Part shown: in pieces, positions 1 to 13,000 of the stretch
How positions within the stretch are numbered: the stretch's first letter is position 1
Layout: every line of letters starts with the position of its first letter
Assembly: GCA_016748015.1 (NCBI GenBank)
Contig: JAAOMT010000096.1
Coordinates: forward strand, 453,087-517,086
Length of the DNA: 64,000 bases
Source: Geosiphon pyriformis uo1
Taxonomy: Eukaryota; Fungi; Glomeromycota
Direction of reading: 5' to 3'
The notes under the pieces: model-generated
Told to the model about the DNA's origin: nothing
What the model saw: the letters and a program-made list of their open reading frames with translations, nothing else
Database searches by the model: none
Made by a program: the position numbers and the translations under genes

Positions 1-147
1 TAGTATTATTATTTACTAGTAATATTGCACAATTGAGAGTATAAAGAATATTAGTTAAACCAAATAAAATTTTGTAAGATTTGAAACCAATCATAATTAT
101 CAAAGAAAACACAAAAAATAAATCAAGATAAAAGTATATAAAAATAC

Positions 148-790
148 AATAAATGTAATAAAAACAACAATAAAAGATAAAAATCTTAAATCACATTTAC
201 ACAATAGCACAATAATTATTCTAAGCCATAAATCAACAACAATTGAACATAAAAATTATCATTAATCACCAAAAAATTTGTTATAAAAACACAAAAAGAA
301 AAAAAAAAACAAAGATTACTTTATATTAACAATTACAAAACCAAACAAAACACTAATTAAATAAAATTATAAAAAAAGTAAAAAACACTTTTGGAAAAAT
401 ACCAATTATTGTTTAAACAAAAGAATTAACTAAAAAAACTGAAAGCTATAGATAAAACAACTTCTAATAGCATACTGTTATTATTAATTAAGACAAAAAC
501 TAAATATTTAGAAATTGTATATCAACAAATCCAAAAAAATGTTTAATTAAGAAATAGTACAACAGATTAAAGACTTTATTAAAAAAAAACAAGTTATTAA
601 TTACATACTATATTTTAAAATTATTCAAAATACTATTATATTTAGAAATAAAAACAATAACTATTAACCAGTAAGAAAGAATAACCAATTTTTAATTCAA
701 AGACATAAAACCCAAAATTAAATAAATAGTATTAGAAAAAAAAATAATAAACATAATTCAAAATAAAAATTTCAACAAAGCTTAATATTA
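148..790 (+). pseudogene. Degenerate accessory ORF3 of family E
   Basis: Lies between the integrase tail and the PPT. The stop-riddled translation includes YCYY*LRQKL...YILYFKII...IKTITINQ*ERITNF*F, echoing the ORF3 motif spacing in A and B. Boundaries are approximate. Confidence 0.35.
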
Positions 791-800
791 AAGAAGATAA

Positions 801-1205
801 TATTATTTATAGAAAAAAAGTACAAAAAAAGATAAAAAAAAACAGATTATAAAATAAATCAATAAGAGAATAGTACTCAATAAGTGAACATATTTTCAGG
901 AAATTATAACACATTTCCAGAAAGTAATATAGAAAAAGAATAGAAATATATACAATTTTGTATAACACAAAATATATATATAGCAAAAGTATTAAAAGCA
1001 AAAAAAACAGAAACTAAAAACAAATAATTTATTTAATACTTTTTTCTTTAAAAAATAATTTTTTATAACTTAAAATAGAATCATATTTATATTAATAAAA
1101 TACTTATTACTATTTAATTTATATTATTATTGATTAATTAAAAAAATATTAATTACTTCTATATTATTAACAACTTATATTGATAAAATTTAATATTTAA
1201 TTACA
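801..1205 (+). repeat. Putative 3' LTR of family E
   Basis: Begins TATTAT (decayed TGTTAT) right after the PPT, has TATATATA at ~973 and ends TTACA at 1205, where D gag is cut. No second copy is present in the window. Confidence 0.4.
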
Positions 1206-3344
1206 TTAAACTAGGGTTTTAAGTGTACTCAGTGCCCAAATTTCATTGTTGAGATCCTAATAGTTGTGTCAAAGAACTGGAAATCGGTTAATGGACTACC
1301 ATTGACAATCTCCAGCTCTGTTGTATCAGTTTTGGCCTTTGGATTCCATTTTGAAGTAAATTTTGTGATGGTGCTGGAATTTATTGGGACTGATAAATTA
1401 CTTGAGGCTGCAGCTAATAAATGGGTTGGGCTGTAGTTAATAAATGACAGATATTGTTGGCTGATAAAGGGGTGGTTGATAAATTTGTGGCTGCATCATA
1501 GGTATGTAATTTGGTTGATATATTGCTGAGTTTGATTGATAACTTGGAATTGGAAACCTGTGATCAGAGTTTCGATATTGATTTCCCGATTGTTGGTTTT
1601 CTATTCTTAACTGACAATTGATTCTCAAATGGCTTTGTTTACTATAATAGTGGCAAACACATGTCTCTTGTTGTCACTGTTGATTGGTAGAGGATAATGG
1701 ATGCAACTGATTCTGGGAACAATTCATGTTTTCTTGATTATTGCATCATTGTGGAGATAGATAAATTGCTTGATTATTAGCTAAGTATTCCTCTAATTTT
1801 TGGTTAATAGAATCACTGAATTGTTTCAACTTAGAATCCAATTCAGATGAGCCATTTATTACTAGATTAACAGCTTAAGTGTGGTTAGCTTTGAGTTCTG
1901 CTGCTTCAAAATCTCTGGCATTCATAATGGCGGCTTGGAGATCTGCCAAGTGTATTGGACATATGCATTAGAGAATGCTACTGTGCAGGCCTCAAATAAA
2001 TTGATTTAAAATTTGTGGTGCTGTGAAATAATCAGCCTGTATGGCCTGGATTTGGCACAGATTTCTGTGGAAGCGTTCTAAGTAAGTAGTGACTGCTTTA
2101 TTTTCTCCTTGCTTGATAGTGGTAAAAGTGTTTACCAATTGATTAATGCTATTATTATTACTAAAGTATTGTAGGAATGCAAGCTTAAATGTATTGAAAT
2201 CTTGGGGTTTGTTGGCTAGGCTTTAATACCATGAATTGACAGTATTTTGGAGAAAGTAAGAGATGGCTTGTAGAGCTTTTACATTATTCCATTTATTTCC
2301 TGTAATGGCCTTTTCAATGTCATTAAGCCATATTTGGGCATTGTCTTCTTCACTGGTGAATTTTTTAAGTTTTGTTATTGGAGCATAGGCCATTGGATCC
2401 AAGTTCAGTTGTTGTTGTTGTGGTTGTTGCAATGGCTGTTGGGGTTGTTAAAGCAGTGATTGAATAGGTTGCTGAAGTAGCTGTAGTGAAATTGGCTCTA
2501 GTATTGGTACAGTTGGTGGCTGATTGATGATGATTACTGGAGGTAAGTTTTCCTGATTAATTAACTCAGAGTTTAGATTATTCAGAGTTTGCTGGGTTTA
2601 AATATTCAGGGTTTCAATTTTTGGATTTTCTGTGATCAGATTCTGGTAAGTAAATTTCCAATTTTTAGCTTTTTCTTCTTTCTCTTCTTCTGATTCCATT
2701 ATCTCCCAGGGACTCGTATTTCCAAAATCTGGTTAAGGTAGCAGTGATCGGAATCCTGATGACATTGGCAATCACGATTTAAATCCTTTAAAATATTTGC
2801 TGTATGGTCCTAGAAGATCTTCTTTTCTTTGTTTACTCTGAAATGGGAGTTGTCCAAATGTTAATGTCATGTATGATGTAAATGCACCTGTTAATGAGAT
2901 GTTAATGGCATTTTCAAGTGTATAGTAATATGATGGGTTTGTTGGTGATTCAATTCTGGTTTTTTTTTAAGCAGATGGTTGTATTTGTTTTGGTGTTACT
3001 GCTGGTATTTGCAACCTTTTTTTGCTTTTGTTTACATAGGTAATGAAGAATTGTTGTTGTGTGTACTTTTCAATGGTTTGATTAATTTTCCTGATGATTG
3101 AGACAAAACTGTAGTTTTTTGGTAAGCTGGTATGTTGAAATAATTCTGTATAGAAGTTTTCTCTTGCAAATTCAATGTTAACTGTTCCTCTTAAGCAGTC
3201 TGTAATTTTATCATTAATGTAGAAATTAAAGGCTGATTTTGCTGAGAAATGGTTATTGTTTAATCTTAATTGTTGACTGTACTGTTGAAACAAGGATTTG
3301 GCAAATCTTAAATGGTTTGCTCCTATGATTTCTGATTCTGCCAC
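1206..3344 (-). pseudogene. gag: gag pseudogene (family D)
   Basis: Capsid-like MAYAPITKLKKFTSEEDNAQIWLNDIEKAI (2223-2432 ORF) and a decayed zinc knuckle CHYYSKQSHLRINC near 1615-1656. Many stops. Starts at GTG in the context AAAGTGGC. Confidence 0.8.
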
Positions 3345-3387
3345 TTTTGGATGATTGTGGTTGGTGCTGGTTCTCTGTAAGATTATA

Positions 3388-3404
3388 CTTCACAGGAAGC
3401 ACCA
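3388..3404 (-). promoter_or_regulatory. Primer-binding site of family D (TGGTGCTTCCTGTGAAG)
   Basis: Lies 2 nt after the LTR end TGTAACA, starts with TGG and is nearly identical to the family-B PBS. Confidence 0.75.
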
Positions 3405-3406
3405 AA

Positions 3407-4254
3407 TGTTACAGATGATTATTTGGGGTCTCAAATCAAATAACAAACCTGTAACTTGGTGCTCAATTGATATAATGGTGTTAATATCTGAAGGTTTGAT
3501 TGATCTGAAGGTTTGTTGCAGAGTTTTTTGTATAATGAACAGAGATTTAATAGTTGTTTTCAGTAGTCTCCTGGAATCACAATTCCATTAAATTTCTTTC
3601 TTAGCATGGTGGTCAGTAATCTTTCTGGTAAGCTATCTTCAAATCTATAAATGTTCTACCCTTGTTTCATGGGTCTTTTACCAGTCCCTATAACATCTGT
3701 ATCTTAGTACTTAATCCTTAATCAATTTAGTAAAACCAAAGAAATAACAAAAGAAATAAAAGAAAATAAAAGAAAATAAAAAAATAAACAAAAGCAATTA
3801 CAAGTTAGTATTTCATCAATAGCCATGATCAAAAGCTATTGTTCCAGTGTGATTAAGTATCAATTACTATCAACATAAAGTGTTGATAATGAGAAGTGAA
3901 TTGAGATAGTGAATAATTATTTATTAATAATTGTGAATAGCAGATGGTTTAGATCAGAACTAAACTGGGAGGTTTCTAATTAAAGAATTCTGTCTTTTCT
4001 ACTTCTAATACTACTACTATATATACATAATTAAGATTCCTCAATTTCTTAATTTTTCACACCAGGAATTCTGGAATTCTTCTTGAGAAGAATCCTAGAA
4101 TTCTGGAATTCTGCAATTCTTTGTACAAGAATCCTGAAATTTCTGGAATTCTATGATTCCTTTTGAGAAGAATCCTGGAATTCTACATTTACTACGGCTA
4201 CTTCTGATTGGCTAATTTATATGCTAACATACTTCCTATATTCTATGAGTAACA
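3407..4254 (-). repeat. 5' LTR of family D (848 bp)
   Basis: TGTTAC/GTAACA inverted termini, minus-strand TATATATA near 4020, adjacent PBS. Confidence 0.75.
4065..4184. repeat. GGAATTCT-based degenerate tandem repeats in U3 of LTR D
   Basis: Repeated (G)GAATTCT / AAGAATCCT units upstream of the minus-strand TATA. Confidence 0.8.
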
Positions 4255-7200
4255 GTGTCTATTATCATAGAAAAACTAAGCTTTGTTGAATTGGTACTCT
4301 TGACATCCATCTCTTATATTTCTTTTTCAGCTGCTTCTGCTCTTTCAGTTTCAAATTTGGATTTGAACATGACTATAGAAAATCTGTTGATGCTATCTGC
4401 TTCTTTTTTCCCAGTTGTTAAAAATATATCTTCTGATTTTGGTTTAAATAATTTGAAAATTCTAACCACCAAAGTAGGTGGTTTGAAGTCGAAAATAGTG
4501 GTTTTAAAAATGTCTATTAATTTGGTTTTGAATAGGTTAAACTGGTTGTACTTGAGTTCAAATTTTTTGGTTCTCTTTTCATCTTAATAACAGATTTAGT
4601 TTAGAAATTTGCTATGTGTAATATTCAGAGTGTTAATGTTTTTACAAAACAGGAAGATGTTGTTTGTTGGCATATAAGTTTAGGTAATATAGTTTTTTTT
4701 ATTACAAAAACAAAGTTAAAATCTAATATTAAATTATAGATTGTTAATAAGTTTGAAAGAATGCAGATATTCATATCTGGCTTGGAAAAAATTTTTTTTG
4801 GTGCTGAAGTGGCCATTATTATAAACAATTTTTTGGCTTGTATATATCTAAAGTAGAAGAGATTCCTAGTCAAATTATTTTAGTGTAATTTTTGTTTAAA
4901 AGTAAGTTTTCAGTTATAGTTCTGAGTTTGTATGCTGGTGTTTCTTTTAAGACTAAGTTTGATTAGACTTCTAAAGTCAATTTCTTTATTGTTAAAACTG
5001 TTAACTTCAACATCTTTGTGGTCTTGAGTGGAAATTTCAATAAAAATGGGTTTGAAAAAAGTGCAAATTTTAGGTTTTGCTTAAATCTGGGTCTGATTAA
5101 TTCATTTAGTAAGTATTTGTTAGTTAAAGCTTTGACTTGGGGCAATTTGAAAGGTGTTAAAAAGATCATAGATTATATTTTTGTTAGTAAAAGCTTATCA
5201 TTAGCAGTTGCTGGTTATGGTGTTAATTTTGTGTTTATTTTTTTTAACACTAATTACAAGACTGTTATGATGTTAATTGGTTTGGATGGATTTTTGGATG
5301 TTTACTTGAATAACTTATGTAAACAGACTAATAATAATTATTAGAAGTTCAAAATCAAAAATGCAAATAGTGCCAAGTGGATATAATTTAAGAATTGCTC
5401 TTCTGCCAAGCTTTTGGTAGTAGAGAATAAGTTTTTAAATGCTAAAGCTTGTAGTGATTTGGATGTTATATGGTTGCTGCTAGAGAAAGTAATAGTTGAG
5501 TCAGCTAATAAAATATTTTCTAGACATTGGTTTAGTAAATTTCAATATTTAAGAAACAAACAGTTTTCTAAGTTTTTTGGATTGAAATTGTTGATTTCCA
5601 AAATTGTTAAGAAGTTGTGTTCAGGTAATATGCTTGGAATAGATTGTCTCATAAAAAAATGGTCAACTTTGAATGGTGATAAAGCTCTCATGATTGTAGA
5701 CTTGTTTGTATTAGTAGTAAATCAATAAAAATTTTTAAATATTTATTGTCAGTTTATAAGAAATACAGAAGATTTAAGATATATGAATTAAAATTGGTCA
5801 AAAAAATATCTATAAAAAAATCAATTAAGAAGTGTATAAAGTGTTTTGGTTCTAACAAAAGTAGCATAATTAAGAGCATTTTAAGTTGGCTTTTTCACAA
5901 AGTGGTTTTAAATTATCTGATGGTTAATAGAAAGTTGGTTTTAAAACTAAAGGAGATAAAGCTCAATGTAAATAAAATAATGGAAAATTAAACAAAGAAG
6001 CAGGTTGTGCCTATGGCTATGTCTGGTCTTTGGGCTCACCAATATGCTTTGTGAGATTATATTAAAGATGATGATTTTTCTTGTGTAATAAAAAAAATTA
6101 GTATGGGGAAATTGTGTTTAGTAATTAATGATCTGTTTAATGGCAAAGCTGTTGACTTGTTTGGCATTTCTAATAAACTTTAAAAGCATAGTAGTGATGA
6201 GATAATAGGGTTTTTTTTGGAGTTATTGAATATATATTTGTTTATTAATAATATGTCTGCTTTATAGAAAAAGGCTTGGGTTTCAATAATTTCTAAATCT
6301 TATGATTAAGATAGAATTCTAATGAACACTTGGCCTATTGCTTTGATTGAGACTGCCAGAAAAGTTCTTTTCAAAGTTCTATTTGATCAGATCTCTGCTG
6401 TATGTAGTAAATTTGGTGTTTTTTGAAGTAATAATTTTTTAATTTTAAAAAGTATGTCTACTTAGTCTCCAGTTTTCACTATTGGATCAGTGATTAAAGA
6501 TGCTCTTAAAAAAAATAGAGAACTTTGGTTGGTTTTGTAGAATATGTACAAAGCATATGACTTGGTTGGTTGGCATCACTTAAAAGCTAACTTATAACAG
6601 ATTTTTTGGCAATATATACAAAGATAGAATTAATAAGGTGATAATTGATTTTGGCCTTTCAGGTAATTATAAAATACACAATGGTTTGGATCAGAGTGAA
6701 GTCTTTTCACTCTTTTTTTGGAGGATTTTTTATGATCTGCTTTTGTGCAAAGTTAAAAGACATAAACATTTGTGTAAATACCAAATCAATACTAAGTTTG
6801 TGGCAAAATCTGGCAGAATTAAAAATAGTGATGGGATGTTTTTCTTTTTTGCAACTGGTGTATTTGTTAATAACACAATCTGAATTGGAAATTGTCAGGC
6901 TTCTACTCAGTATGCTTTAAATATTGTCAGTAAGTTTTTTATAATCAATGACATTTCAATTAACAATAAAAAAACAGTGGCTATTCTAATCAATTAGAGT
7001 ATTAAGATTGCTTTATTAAGTATTAGTGGTCAGCCAATTTTAATTCCCAAGAAAAGTAAAGTGCATAGATATTTGGAAATTTTTTTATTAACCAAAAGGT
7101 TGTCTAAGCCAAATGTGGCCAAGACTTATTCTGATGTTTATTTCTTTATTAATATGATGTTTAGGAAAACTATTATAGATAAATAGTTTTCTTATTTGAT

Positions 7201-9382
7201 ATTGACTGTTTTATAGCTTATAGTCAATTATAAAATGCAGTTTAGTTTTGTTTCATCAAATGTGTATGACAAATAGAATATTATGATTAAGAGAAGTCTC
7301 AGGTCTAAAGTCTGTTTGCTTCAAGATTTCTCTAGTAAAGTCTTATATCATCTCTTATTATATGGTTTAAAATTGTTTGAGCAAATTAATCAGAAAAAAA
7401 AATAGCCATTTTGGTTATCTTTTTTAATGCTTCAAGCATTTTTAAGTGTTTGTTTAATCACAGGTTTTGGATTTGCAGATTTTAAGTTGGGTTTCTTTAA
7501 ACGTTTTGCAGTATTCTATCAAGTTATATGTTAGTCTAATTAACAATTTTTTGGCTAAGATAATGAGAATTTTTATAAACAATAAGCTGTCTTTGGTAAA
7601 CAATTTGCTCAATGCTTTTTGTAGTTTTGATTGCTTTTTGATGTTGTTAATTTTGGAAAAGACTTTGTTTCTTAGTTCTGTTTGTTTTTTGAAGTGTTTT
7701 GAAGTTGTTTTCAGTAATAAGCTCTTTGATAAAAAAGACAATGTGATAGAATAGAAAATCTTCTATTAATAAAAAAGGCTAGATTCTAGAGGCTTTGTGC
7801 CTTATTGGTTTAAGCTTATATTAAAATATTTGTATAATAGAGGTTCTTTGTTGTGTGGTTTTGCTATTTTTATTCAGTTATCTGGTTTAAATATTTTGGA
7901 ATTCAAGAAGTTTTCTAATATGTGAGATGGTTTACATAAAATTTGGTTTGGCTCTTTTAAAGTTTATATTGATGGTTTATTGAAAAATGTTGGCTTTACT
8001 AGTGTTATTAGTAAAGCAGCTGCATATTTTTCTGCTTTAAATATAAGTGTTGATATTGGAATTTATGGTCTTTTGTCTTTTACTATGGCCAAGTTATAGA
8101 CTGTTGCTTTGTTCTTGGAGTGTGTCTCATCTTTTTGTAAAGTGGTTTTGCATCTCAACAGCCAAGCTGCTATTAATGCATATGTGTTTAAGATATTATT
8201 TGTTGTGTCAGATTTTTATAATTAATGCTGAATAGAAAGAAAACATATTGCTAATTTGATTAGAAATAAGAATTTTACTGTAAGTTGAATTAAGATTAAG
8301 AGTTATTTTAAGGTTTATGATAATGTAAAGACTGATGCTATAGCTGGTAAGACTGTTTATTCTCTTTTTTTTTTGCCAGTAGAGATGTGGAAATGTTTTT
8401 TGGTGGCTAAAGACACTATTATGTCTAAAAATGCCTGCTATTTTGTTAGAGATTTATTTAAGTCTGTTTGTTGTGCTTATTGAGAAGCTGACTTTAGCCA
8501 TAATGTGATTTTAGATGTGCTGATTAAAGATATAGATTGGAATGCTACTCCAAAGATTTGGCATTTTGATTCATATATGCTTACTGGATTTATTAGTTGG
8601 AAGTTTTTCAATTTTTATATGTACTTAATAAAAACTGTACACAAAAGACTACTGATAACAGTTAAAAAAAGATTGTATAATAAAAAATATTCTAATATGT
8701 TGTGTTTATTGTATGATAAAATAAAGTTATTAGATTACATATTTATTTATGCTCAAGATATTGGTATTTAAAAAGAGATTTTGGCTAAAACTTTTATACA
8801 ATAGATTGCTTTGGCAAGTGCTTATAATACATCTTTTTCTGCCATTTTAAAGATATTTTTTCATTGTTTTTTAGATATTAACATGTATACAATTGTGTAT
8901 AAGAGGTTTGTACTGAAAGATTAATGTATAGAGGCTATTAAAATTTTTGATAAAAGAAAAGAAGCTATTTCTACTGTTGTTAATTTTATAAAACTTTTAG
9001 TAAAGTTGCATTATTTTAAGACTTGGTTGATAAAATCTAAATATAAAGTTGATATAGAGAAGACTGGTTTGGTTAAAAATAGCAATTTAATATTAGACTT
9101 GTTACATAGTTTAGTGTCTAAACTATCAGATGGTATAATTAAAATGCTTGGTATTATTAAGTATTTTGCTATTAGTTTTAGCCATCACAGACCATGTTTT
9201 TTTTTTCTGGTTTAGATTGTGATATATGTGTTAATATAAATAAGTAGTGTTGTTTTGTCTGGCTTAAATGACTAGTCACATGTAATAAATATATAAGTCA
9301 TATTTAGTTTGAGCCACTTAGTTTGGTTCTATGTACTAGATAACAGTTGGATTTCATTTAATAAACAGTAATTAAAAAAAAA
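4255..9382 (+). mobile_element. Non-LTR retrotransposon (LINE-1 here) with ORF1 3' end, ORF2 (APE-RT-RNaseH) and an A-tail, decayed
   Basis: APE start FAMCNIQSVNVFTKQ..ITKTKL. RT motifs PIALIETARK, QNMYKAYD, GLDQSEVFS and FVNNT (decayed FVDD). RNase H VYIDG (~7962). AATAAA plus A9 at ~9360-9382. Confidence 0.85.
4587..9247 (+). pseudogene. LINE ORF2 pseudogene (endonuclease, reverse transcriptase, RNase H, decayed C-terminal Cys motif)
   Basis: ORF fragments 5018-5344, 5414-5728, 6638-6883, 7467-7754 and 8505-8771 are collinear pieces separated by stops and frameshifts. Confidence 0.85.
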
Positions 9383-9420
9383 TCAAATAACCAATTATAT
9401 TAAATATTATAAAATTTTAT

Positions 9421-9492
9421 TAATTAATTTTAGTTTTTAAACAATTTTAAATTTTATCAATTAATTTTAGTTTTTAAACAGTTTTAAATTTA
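9421..9492. repeat. Two-copy ~38-bp tandem duplication inside an extremely AT-rich spacer between the LINE tails
   Basis: AATTAATTTTAGTTTTTAAACA(A/G)TTTTAAATTT occurs twice. Confidence 0.7.
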
Positions 9493-10094
9493 AAATTAAG
9501 TATTTATATATTTTTTATAATTATTAGTTAAACATAAAATAAAATTAACAATTTTAATTAATGTCAAATCAAAAATTCTAAAAAAATCAAAAATTTTTTA
9601 TATTATTTCTTAAAAACCAAATTTTTATAAATTATATACTTTGTATTATTATTATTTTATTAAAAATAAGTATTATAAACAATTAATAATTAATATTTAT
9701 TACATAAATTTTATTAAGAAATAAAATTACTAATAATTAATTATATTTAATATGTAAACAAAGAATAATTTAATATTTTTTTATTAAATACAAAGTTTAT
9801 TAAAATTATTTTTATTATAATACTTTTTTTTATTATTATTATTAATTTATTATAAAAATTTTAATAAAATTTGTATCTAATTTAACAAATTTATAATTTT
9901 TAAAATTAAATATAATATGTTTATTAGAATATTATATTTATATTAAAAAATTAATTAATTTTTTTATATATATTTTTTTTATTACAAGTGTAATTTAACT
10001 ATTACTTAAGTACATAAAATCAAACAAAATTTTAAATTAAGCATAGTTTATGTTTTTTTTATACATAATTAATTACTTAAATTAATTAAGACAA

Positions 10095-13000
10095 CACTAT
10101 ATACTAAAATTGCTTACTAAGAAAACATCTCTCAAAAAACCAAAATTCATACTAAACAAATATTGATATAATTCAAAGCAAATATAAATACTTAATTTAA
10201 CACTAAAACTACAAATCAACTCAGAAAATTACAAAGATAACAAACCAAAAACTGAAGTAATAACTAATTTATTATGTGGCAAAAAATTATACTTTTTATA
10301 ACTTAGTAACTGGTATTTAAATAACAAATTTGTGATTTTTAATCAGACTATGAATTAATTTGATAATTAGTGTATTATTATCAAATCTAATACTTAAATA
10401 TTGTATTATATTAGTTATCTAATTCTTTAGCATAAAATCCTTAGCCAATAATATATATAAATTAATAAACAGTCTGGTCTTATATAAAAATTAAACAATT
10501 ATATTACCCTTAGCAGATGTATTTAATAATCTATTTCATTTCAGGATAATGTTCAATAATAATTTTTTTAGAGTTGTTATTATATATACATGAAAATATG
10601 TAATCAAAATCTTTTAATATTTTATATTGGATACAAATTACACTTAGATATTTTGAATTATACAATTTTTTCTTTTTGGTTACAGATAAGTGGTAGTACA
10701 ATGTTTTTATAAAATAAAAATAAAATGCTATTAATAAAGAGCTAGTGTAGCCAGAACAGATTTTGCTATTAGAGTGCCAAACACTAAAAGTTTTAATTAT
10801 ATTAAAACTGTTATTGACATTTAAATCTATAGTATTACTATTATACTTGAACTTCTAACCAACAAAATTAATTACATTAAACAAATTTCTGAAAAAATAA
10901 CAAGTATTTTTAAAGATAAATCTGTCTTTAACACTAAAAAAATGATATGATACTTGAAAAACCCAAATAAACTTAGAAACAATAGTAGTATTGACATAAA
11001 AATAACTATGTTTATTCTTGACAACATCAGAATGGCTTTTGATTTTTCTTTAATTAACCAACAAATTTTTCTTTAAAATAACTTGGCAAATGTGTTTTTT
11101 TTTAATTCAATATTTATTGTAAAAATCAAAACCAGATATGTCTTTGTAAACTGATACATATCCAACAATGTCTAACTATTTATAAACAAAATAACAGAGC
11201 TAGAAATAGGTACACAATTTAAAACAAGAGCAATAACTTGTAATTCTACCAAAGTTAAAAAAAGCAAACTATTTATTCTAATTCTAATACTTATATTGCT
11301 ATCTAAAAAGTAAACAGCAGCATTTTTACAAACACCTATTAAACCTAAATTCTTAATAGAATTATTTGTATAAACATTTACACTACTTAACTTAAAGTTT
11401 AACAAATATCCACTAATATAACTTAAGTTATAAGAATAGATGGCAGAAATTAAACAAAAAATCAACACTTTACTATTTATTAATTTACTATTTCCAATAA
11501 ACTTGGCCAGCAAACTGAACCAGCCAGAAATTAAACCAGCCAGAAATTGAATCTCTAGGATTTAGCTTTTTCTATTTGTAAAAAGTATTTTATATAAAGC
11601 ACATACTATAACAATCTAAAAGTTAGTTAATAAAAATAATGCCAAATTTTCTAAAATGTTTTATTATATTCATATAACCATTTAAACCCAGCATATTCAA
11701 AATTACAATGTGATCTTTGATCTTAAAAACATCAGAAAAAGCACTATCCAAAAACAGATTGCAAAAAGCAAAAACATGTATTATATTTGCCAAAAAACAA
11801 TTCATAAGATTAATTAACAACTTAACTAAAAATAATAGAAGATGTTGGAACATTTAAGTAGTTGTCTATAGATCCATAGTTCTGTGCTCAAATAAATTGC
11901 TAAAAATTCTATTCATATTAGCAAAATTAACCAAATTAGCCAAAAAATTTTTTGTCAGTATTTGCTCAAACATTTTAAAACTATACAATATAGAATAGTA
12001 TATCACTTTGTTAAAGAAGTTTTTAGGAAAATTAGCCTTAAATTTTAGCCTTTTTCTTAATATTTTGTTTTATCTCTTATACACACACTTTAAAGTTCAA
12101 TCAAACTGTATTTTATAGCCAATTATGAACTACAAAACTGCAGACACCAGATACAAAAATTGTTTTTCAGTAATGATTTTTCTTAAAATCAAATTTAAAA
12201 AGAACTTAATATTAAAGTAAGCTTTGGTTAAGCTTGGTTTAAACAGATTATTAGTTGATAAAAAAAATCTTCAAATATTTATAAAACTTACTTTTTTTAG
12301 CCACCAAAATTTTTGACTCACTAATTGACAGCGAATTTTTTACTTTTTAATTGATAAGGATAGCAACTATTTTGTCAATATTAATTAAAATATTATTAAT
12401 AGAAAAAAATTCATTATAATATCCAAAATTCACTAAGTTACTATCATATAATTTTTAACCCAAATAGTATTATTAACAAAAGTACTTACAATAAGAAATA
12501 AAATTTTGTCACTTTTAAGATTAGCTTTGTCAGTCTTTGTAAAAAATTTTAAACTTATTCTGTAATTATATAATTTTTTCTGTCTTTTAATCTTACAAAA
12601 CAGAGAATCATAAAAAATTCTCTACAACAAAAGTGAAAAAATTTCTTCTTGGTCAAGTCTATTATGAATTACATATTTATCTAAAAGTCTAAAATTTGTT
12701 ATAACTCAATTAATCTTACCATTGTAAATATTTTTAAAGAATCTAATAAACTGTTTACATATTTTAATTTTAACTAAACTGTTTTACAGATGTTGCCAGC
12801 TAACCAAATTATATGTTTTGCACATATTTTATAAAACTAGCCACAATTCTTTATTTTTTTTAAGATATTCTTAATTATAAAACTTATAATTAAAATCAAA
12901 ATTTGTGTTAAAATACTTTTTAACACTAAAAAATTGTCCTTATAAAGCACATTAAATTTGCTGCAAATAAAAGAAATTTTATCAGAAAAAATTTTGAACA

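Larger units (their letters stand above)
1..1205 (+). mobile_element. Highly decayed 3' end of a Ty3/Gypsy element (family E): integrase tail, ORF3 remnant, PPT and 3' LTR
   Basis: Bases ~77-110 read DLKPIIIIKE, like the LEPIVVIE/WLPVVVI integrase C-termini of families A and B. TTTCAACAAAGCTTAA followed by the purine run AAAGAAGATAA (~770-800) matches the pre-PPT/PPT arrangement of A and B. Family-D gag resumes at 1206. Confidence 0.5.
1206..4254 (-). mobile_element. 5' part of a Ty3/Gypsy element (family D): LTR, PBS and gag, inserted in LINE ORF1 and itself interrupted at 1205
   Basis: LTR TGTTAC...GTAACA, then TT and a TGG PBS, followed by gag fragments. LINE ORF1 resumes at 4255. Confidence 0.8.

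Noticed and set aside
807-1001. Hydrophobic 64-aa membrane-protein ORF
   Set aside because: It is a low-complexity antisense reading of an A-rich decayed LTR.
3660-3700. Alternative LTR end and PBS for family D (TGGTAAAAGACC)
   Set aside because: A much better TGTAACA-TT-TGGTGCT junction exists at 3407-3388, directly before gag.
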